A DNA stretch of 37,122 bases, taken from the NCBI RefSeq assembly GCF_004010195.1, contig NC_057757.1, positions 9,340,423 through 9,377,544 of the forward strand, read 5' to 3'. The position numbers and the translations under genes are program-made. Below are positions 35,301 to 37,122 of the stretch, in pieces (positions within the stretch are counted from its first letter, which is position 1; every line of letters begins with the position of its first letter). This DNA comes from Chiloscyllium plagiosum (Eukaryota). Below the pieces are notes generated by a model. That model was not told the DNA's origin. It saw only the letters and a program-made list of their open reading frames with translations, and did no database searches.

Positions 35301-36702
35301 AGTGGAATGCTGGTCTGCAGGTTCCAGTGAAAACTCCATCTACAACGCGTACTTAGATGTGATTCGTGACAGTCAGTATTTCATATACATTGAGGTAAAA
35401 CTTAACTGCTCGTTCACCTTATTCACGTCTTCAACCGGTGATTGTTCCGTAGACTCTTGACAGAACGCTCAGCAATGACCTTTGACCTGTCTCTGAAACG
35501 ATGAGTGATCCCCTCGATTCAAGGGACGTGCTGGGTCGTCTTAAAAAAACAGTTTTGAAAAGACAGAAGCAGATCATTCAGCCCAACAGTGAACTATCAT
35601 TCCACCATCCGCACCATTCAGCAGTGAGTAACCCACCTCCCCAAAGCCTCTCCACCATCTACAAGGCCCAAGTCAGGAGTCTGATGGAATCCTCCCCACG
35701 TGCCTGGATGGGGGCAGCTCCAACAACTCTCAAGCAGCTTGACACCACTCAAGGACAAAGTAGCCCACTTGGTATCTGCTCCCTGCACCACTGATGCTCA
35801 GTAACAGCAGTGTGTACCATAATCTACCAGATGCACTGCAGAAATTCACCCAGGTTTCTGAGACAGCAAACCCAGAACCTCCACCATCTAGAAGGACAGG
35901 GGCGGTAGATAGATGGGAACACCACCACCTTCTAGTTCCCTTGCAAGGCCCTCATTCAATTGGATTTATTATTGTCACATGTAGCTAGGGACGGAGAAAA
36001 GTTCTGTTTATGTCCAGGGCATACTGAGTGCACATGGTAACTGAACAGACCAAGGGAGACAGTGTTACAACTGCAGACAAGAGGCACCATCCTGTCTTGG
36101 AAATATATCGCTGTTCCCTCAGTGTCACTGGGTCAAATTTCTGGAACTTGCTGCCGAACAGGACGAGGGGGTTTGTCTACAGCACATGGATTACAACGAT
36201 CCATGGGTGGCACAGTGGTTAGCACTGCTGCCTCACAGCGTGACGGACCTGGGTTCGATTCCAGCCTCGGGCCACTGTCTGTGTGGAGTTTGCACGTTCT
36301 CCCCGTGTCTGCGTGGGTTTCCTCCGGGTGCTCCGGTTTCCTCCCACAGTCCAAAGATGCGCAGGTCAGGGTGAATCGACGATGCTAAATTGCCCGTAGT
36401 GTTCAGGGATGTGTAGGTTAGGTGTATTAGTCAGGGGAAAATGTAGCGCAAGAGGGTAGGGGAATGGGTCGGTGTGGACTTGTTGGGCTGAATGGCCTGT
36501 TCCCACACTGTAGGGGTTCTATGATCTCCCCGTGTTGGTGTACCAGGTCCCACAAACATGGTGTGAGTCTGTTTTATTGTGTTTGACCCCCTGCTGTCTT
36601 GTTTTGTTTCCAGAATCAGTTCTTCATCACCTGTGCTGATGATCGCAGTGTCTACAACCAGATTGGAGATGTTATCGTGGAGCGAATCCTCAAAGCCCAC
36701 AG
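2252..36702 (+). CDS. PLD2: Phospholipase D2 gene, partial (12 internal coding exons, 1470 nt spliced, 5' and 3' ends outside window)
   Basis: Exons 2252-2344, 4681-4833, 7295-7444, 7661-7744, 9543-9621, 13892-14002, 15154-15327, 17326-17524, 23083-23201, 29237-29350, 35290-35394 and 36614-36702 splice GT..AG with compatible phases into one stop-free frame. It has PLD motifs (IxDWWLSPE, HxKxxxxD, PRMPWxD, IYIENQFF). PLD2-type features: [20 protein letters not shown], short RPxxxxxWRLD and WSAGxxENSI spacing, and no long PLD1 loop. Confidence 0.9.
2937..3302 (+). mobile_element. HE1-like tRNA-derived V-SINE
   Basis: A box TGGCTCAATGG, B box GTTCGAATCC, V-domain (TTTGCACATTCTCCCCGTGTCTGC..TCCGGTTTCCTCCCACA) and a CR1-like 3' tail. 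Confidence 0.88.
3188..3561 (+). repeat. Tandem duplication, about 195-bp unit (SINE tail plus flank)
   Basis: 3188-3382 recurs at 3383-3561, near-identical apart from a short deletion in copy 2. Confidence 0.9.
3786..4386 (+). mobile_element. CR1/HER1 LINE 3' fragment (RT C-terminus and tail) spanning an N gap at 4144-4236
   Basis: ORF 3895..4263 reads [29 protein letters not shown]. Tail ..CTGTACATCTCTATGACTC. Confidence 0.9.
4425..4558 (+). mobile_element. HE1-like SINE, 3' half
   Basis: Matches the 3' half of the SINE at 2937-3302. Confidence 0.8.
4681..4833 (+). CDS. PLD2: PLD2 exon (PH domain): [51 protein letters not shown]
   Basis: Acceptor ttcttccag|, donor AG|gttcaa, 153 nt. Lies within ORF 4514..4954. 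Confidence 0.95.
5060..5990. mobile_element. Nested cluster: CR1 APE fragment (-), internally deleted HE1 SINE (-, 5258-5399), CR1 3' end (-) interrupted by CR1 3' end (+, 5590-5820)
   Basis: Minus-strand IYRPPNS motif near 5215. The SINE head is fused directly to its tail. ORF 5503..5814 reads [20 protein letters not shown]. Confidence 0.75.
6300..6785 (+). mobile_element. Diverged CR1 LINE 3' end
   Basis: GAATCTGTGGAATTCACTGCCCCAGAG..GGGGCTGAATGG tail resembles the other CR1 ends in the window. Confidence 0.8.
6855..7180 (-). mobile_element. Second SINE family (unnamed here); related fragments at about 9700-10010 (-), 16395-16560 (-), 22730-22830 (+), 30863-30919 (+)
   Basis: The block GAGGGCAGTTAAGAGTCAACCACATTGC at 6926 recurs near 9778. 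GTGAACCAGATGGGTTT is shared between about 9867 and 16418. Confidence 0.65.
7295..7444 (+). CDS. PLD2: PLD2 exon: [50 protein letters not shown]
   Basis: Acceptor gccctcag|, donor TG|gtaact, 150 nt. Forms the end of ORF 7113..7448. Confidence 0.95.
7661..7744 (+). CDS. PLD2: PLD2 exon: [28 protein letters not shown]
   Basis: Acceptor tgtttggag| (GAG), donor TG|gtgagt, 84 nt. Confidence 0.93.
8137..8617. repeat. 53-bp minisatellite, 9 copies, inside a decayed minus-strand CR1
   Basis: Unit GATGTTCCTCATCCCTCCAAACCGCTCTCTGCAATCTATTGCACGTCCTTCCT starts at 8137, 8190, 8243 ... 8561. Confidence 0.95.
8688..8863 (+). mobile_element. Penelope-like element terminal repeat (pLTR), family A, solo
   Basis: Homologous to the reverse complement of 17787-17930 and to 18264-18343, which flank a GIY-YIG remnant. 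Confidence 0.85.
8747..8786 (+). ncRNA. Minimal type I hammerhead ribozyme motif (family A), core intact
   Basis: CCA-CUGAAGA-U-GUUACC(UAGUAU)GGUGAC-GAAAC-GUC^-UGG. Stem I is CCA/UGG, stem II is 6 bp, stem III is the palindrome ACGU. Confidence 0.8.
8925..9390. mobile_element. Old Penelope-like 3' end with inverted part and degenerate family-B pLTR
   Basis: Minus strand near 8985-9047 reads [18 protein letters not shown], resembling the PLE GIY-YIG C-terminus, and is mirrored on + from about 9055. 9290-9385 resembles 32226-32350. Confidence 0.7.
9543..9621 (+). CDS. PLD2: PLD2 exon: [26 protein letters not shown]
   Basis: Acceptor tttgtag|, donor GCA|gtgagt, 79 nt. Confidence 0.95.
10904..11232. 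repeat. 9-bp minisatellite CTC(C/A/T)CTG(G/A)C, about 36 units
   Basis: Variants CTCCCTGGC, CTCCCTGAC, CTCTCTGAC, CTCACTGAC and CTCACTGGC. Confidence 0.97.
11500..12800. mobile_element. CR1 cluster: older 3' end (-) interrupted by a young HER1-type 3' fragment (-, about 11705-12180, N gap 11854-12014), then CR1 3' end (+, 12350-12800)
   Basis: ORF 11832..12104 (-) reads [25 protein letters not shown]1 tail motifs are present. Confidence 0.8.
12815..12920 (-). mobile_element. Degenerate Penelope-like pLTR (family D) with decayed hammerhead; related remnants at about 13450-13655 and 34585-34670
   Basis: Minus strand 12897-12863 reads GUU-CUGAAGA-...-AAAAC-AUU-AAC, followed by CACAGATGCTGCTGGACCTGTTGAG. 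Confidence 0.55.
13511..13600. repeat. 30-bp tandem repeat x3 containing the palindrome ACCCGCGGGT
   Basis: TCCCCACAGACACTCGGAGACCCGCGGGTT at 13511, 13541 and 13571 (one mismatch). Confidence 0.95.
13668..13890. repeat. TC/CTGT microsatellite abutting an exon acceptor
   Basis: About 220 nt of pyrimidine-rich tract ending at the AG at 13890-13891. Confidence 0.95.
13892..14002 (+). CDS. PLD2: PLD2 exon: [37 protein letters not shown]
   Basis: Acceptor tctccag|, donor ACG|gtagag, 111 nt. Confidence 0.95.
14310..14660 (-). mobile_element. CR1 LINE 3' end
   Basis: ORF 14465..14689 (-) reads [38 protein letters not shown]. Confidence 0.85.
14778..15140. repeat. (CT)n/(CTCG)n CpG-rich microsatellite abutting the HKD exon acceptor
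   Basis: About 360 nt of CTCG/CTCT repeats. Confidence 0.95.
15154..15327 (+). CDS. PLD2: PLD2 exon with first catalytic HKD motif: [58 protein letters not shown]
   Basis: Acceptor cgagcag|, donor CCG|gtacgt, 174 nt. Motif H-E-K-L-V-V-I-D is followed by GGLDL. Confidence 0.96.
15536..15808. mobile_element. 273-bp MITE, Tc1/mariner-pogo/Tigger type
   Basis: TA|CAGAACAACCTCGATTATCTGAAC ... GTTCGGATAACAGAGGTTGTTCTG|TA: 24-bp TIRs with 3 mismatches, a TA duplication and subterminal GGATAA repeats. Confidence 0.88.
15815..16320 (+). mobile_element. CR1 LINE 3' end
   Basis: TTTCGGTCTCCTTATCTGAGGAAGGATG..CTGTGGAACTCTCTTCCACAG..GGCTGAATGGCCTCCT. Confidence 0.82.
16935..17200 (-). mobile_element. 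Deu-domain-like SINE remnant with a 33-bp minisatellite (about 4.5 copies, 17041-17193)
   Basis: Unit CAGTGCGGCACTCCCTCAGCACTGACCCTCTGA. The minus-strand flank GAGTGCTGCACTGT..TCTTTCAGAGAAATTAAACTGAGGCCC resembles the DeuSINE core as I recall it. Confidence 0.65.
17326..17524 (+). CDS. PLD2: PLD2 exon: [66 protein letters not shown]
   Basis: The 3' part is the conserved FWLGKDY..DW..LDKPFE, donor G|gtaaat. The 5' acceptor (catgtag|) was chosen because it is in phase 0 and keeps the frame open; the exact start is less certain. Confidence 0.85.
17787..18343 (-). mobile_element. 5'-truncated Penelope-like retroelement: GIY-YIG endonuclease remnant, 3' pLTR with hammerhead, and inverted pLTR with tail
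   Basis: Minus strand from 18260 reads [35 protein letters not shown], then after a frameshift [11 protein letters not shown]. Hammerhead motif at 17864-17825. Inverted copy at 18264-18343. Confidence 0.92.
18440..18933 (-). mobile_element. CR1 ORF2 fragment, inverted near-copy of 19634-20125
   Basis: ORF 18646..18987 (-) is almost identical to ORF 19568..19921 (+). Confidence 0.92.
20293..20610 (-). mobile_element. HE1-like V-SINE inserted in CR1
   Basis: GATTA tail, V-domain, and tRNA head ending GTGCCGCCCC. Confidence 0.88.
20880..22108. repeat. 28-bp minisatellite, roughly 44 units, with an N gap at 21794-21811
   Basis: Unit TACAGAGGGATCTGGGTGTACAATGATA and variants. Confidence 0.97.
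23083..23201 (+). CDS. PLD2: PLD2 exon: [40 protein letters not shown]
   Basis: Acceptor cctcctgcag|, donor AAG|gtcaga, 119 nt. Contains PRMPWRD and the polybasic [11 protein letters not shown] motif. Confidence 0.96.
23760..26660 (-). mobile_element. Near-complete decayed CR1 ORF2 (APE to RT to 3' end)
   Basis: Minus ORFs read [42 protein letters not shown] and NRIKENP; APE-like SDHN region near 25850. Confidence 0.9.
27093..27403 (-). mobile_element. HE1-like V-SINE
   Basis: (GATTA)n tail, V-domain, tRNA head. Confidence 0.88.
27404..27608. mobile_element. Fold-back Penelope-like pLTR insertion (family B) with a 16-bp target duplication
   Basis: 82-bp perfect inverted arms 27404-27485 and 27494-27575. 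CCACCGTGCCATCCCA at 27388-27403 and 27609-27624. Confidence 0.88.
27781..28985 (+). mobile_element. Young HER1-type CR1 fragment (27781-28095) followed by an older CR1 RT/3' end (28110-28985)
   Basis: TTGGTTAGGCCACTTTTGGAATATTG matches about 4120. ORF 28075..28356 reads HINDLD..SKFGDDT. Confidence 0.85.
29237..29350 (+). CDS. PLD2: PLD2 exon: [38 protein letters not shown]
   Basis: Acceptor tttttcag|, donor CAG|gtgagt, 114 nt. Confidence 0.95.
29865..30195 (+). mobile_element. Degenerate V-SINE head joined to a CR1 RT fragment
   Basis: TCTCAGTGGTTGGCACTGCTGCCTCAC, then [24 protein letters not shown]. Confidence 0.75.
30920..31238 (-). mobile_element. Full-length HE1-like V-SINE
   Basis: (TTAGA)3 tail, CpG-retaining V-domain, and A/B boxes on the minus strand. 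Confidence 0.9.
31808..32152 (-). mobile_element. HE1-like V-SINE
   Basis: Same head and V-domain as the other copies. Confidence 0.85.
32217..32351 (+). mobile_element. Solo Penelope-like pLTR (family B) with TCCACGTG target duplication
   Basis: Near-identical to 27494-27608. TCCACGTG at 32209-32216 and 32352-32359. Confidence 0.85.
32226..32261 (+). ncRNA. Minimal type I hammerhead ribozyme motif (family B), core intact
   Basis: AUUC-CUGAAGA-A-GGGC(CUGU)GCCC-GAAAC-GUC^-GAAU. Confidence 0.82.
33075..33240. mobile_element. Fold-back pLTR insertion (family B variant) with a 10-bp target duplication
   Basis: 42-bp inverted arms 33077-33118 and 33170-33211. CAAAGTCAGA at 33065-33074 and 33241-33250. 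Confidence 0.85.
33251..33888 (+). mobile_element. Probable Penelope-like remnant ending in a family-C pLTR with a mutated hammerhead (33762-33798)
   Basis: UCAC-CUGACAA-A-GGGGC(AGC)GCUCC-GAAAG-CUU-GUGA. It interrupts CR1 between similar flanks CTTATCCTTCTTGGA and CTTATTCTTTTTGGA. Confidence 0.65.
34700..35095 (+). mobile_element. Diverged CR1 3' end
   Basis: GTAGAGAGAGGGAGAAGCTGCTTCCTCTGGTGGG..GAAGGGGCAAAGGGCCTCC. Confidence 0.65.
35290..35394 (+). CDS. PLD2: PLD2 exon: [35 protein letters not shown]
   Basis: Acceptor ctttttcag|, donor GAG|gtaaaa, 105 nt. Confidence 0.95.
35630..36200 (+). mobile_element. LINE RT C-terminal fragment of a different family
   Basis: ORF 35501..35794 reads [35 protein letters not shown], a non-LTR RT thumb-like YKxxVRxxMEY..W motif. 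Confidence 0.75.
36205..36522 (+). mobile_element. HE1-like V-SINE
   Basis: GGTGGCACAGTGGTTAGCACTGCTGCCTCACAGC..GGTTCGATTCC, V-domain and tail. Confidence 0.9.
36614..36702 (+). CDS. PLD2: PLD2 exon: [30 protein letters not shown]
   Basis: Acceptor gtttccag|, donor AG|gtcagg, 89 nt. Completes the IYIE-NQFF motif. Confidence 0.95.
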
Positions 36703-36779
36703 GTCAGGGACCATCTGAAAATGCCCAGTCCCACTCCCATGTGTGATACCCAACATCCAGCACGCTTTCCCTCAGGAAT

Positions 36780-36990
36780 AATATCATAGGGAAAGGTGCG
36801 ACAGTCCCAGAGGGCTCTGGGATTGCTCTCCTGTTTGAGAGAGACGACTGGAGGGGGTTTGACCGTGAGGGTCACCATGCCTCGGGCGAGGGGAGAGGTG
36901 GAGAAGGAGAGTCCTTTGTGGTAACCTGAGCTGGTGTGGGAATTGAACCCACGCTGTTGGCTCACTCTGTATCTCAGGTCAGTGATTCAG
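36780..36990 (-). mobile_element. Probable tRNA-derived SINE of a further family
   Basis: Minus strand has a B-box-like GGGTTCAATTCCC followed by a body unlike the other SINEs here. Confidence 0.5.
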
Positions 36991-37122
36991 AATGAGAGCT
37001 CACTGAGCGGGGAAGCTGCAACTTTCCACGGGTCGGGTTTCACATTGTCACTACTTTCTCGCCTCACCCCAAACCCCAATTACCTCCTCCAGCCCCTACA
37101 CCCCCTCCCTATCTCTGTAACC

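Noticed and set aside
2252..36702. Calling the gene PLD1
   Set aside because: Despite the PLD1-like HVSSTV segment, several indel and motif positions and the absence of a long loop favour PLD2. A phylogeny would settle it.

Overview
This is eukaryotic (vertebrate) genomic DNA, most likely from a shark, judging by the HE1/V-SINE-type SINEs and HER1/CR1-type LINEs. The window holds the middle of one + strand gene: 12 internal coding exons (2252..36702, 1470 nt, one continuous reading frame, all introns GT..AG) of a phospholipase D. The best call is PLD2. The exons encode the PH domain with its CC motif, the first HKD motif and the polybasic PIP2-binding region. The N-terminal PX exons and the second HKD lie outside the window. 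The introns are almost entirely repeats: decayed CR1 LINEs, several SINE families, a TA-flanked MITE, LINE/SINE-derived minisatellites and many Penelope-like element (PLE) remnants. The most notable non-obvious layer is a set of minimal hammerhead-ribozyme motifs in at least four PLE terminal-repeat families. Two are intact and sense to PLD2. One inverted terminal repeat starts at the predicted self-cleavage site. There are also perfect fold-back insertions with target-site duplications, and an inverted CR1 pair carrying a 17-bp micro-inversion. I see no support for a wholly new gene system. Most ORFs in the supplied track are spurious or TE-derived. All family names come from recognition, not database searches, and repeat boundaries are approximate.
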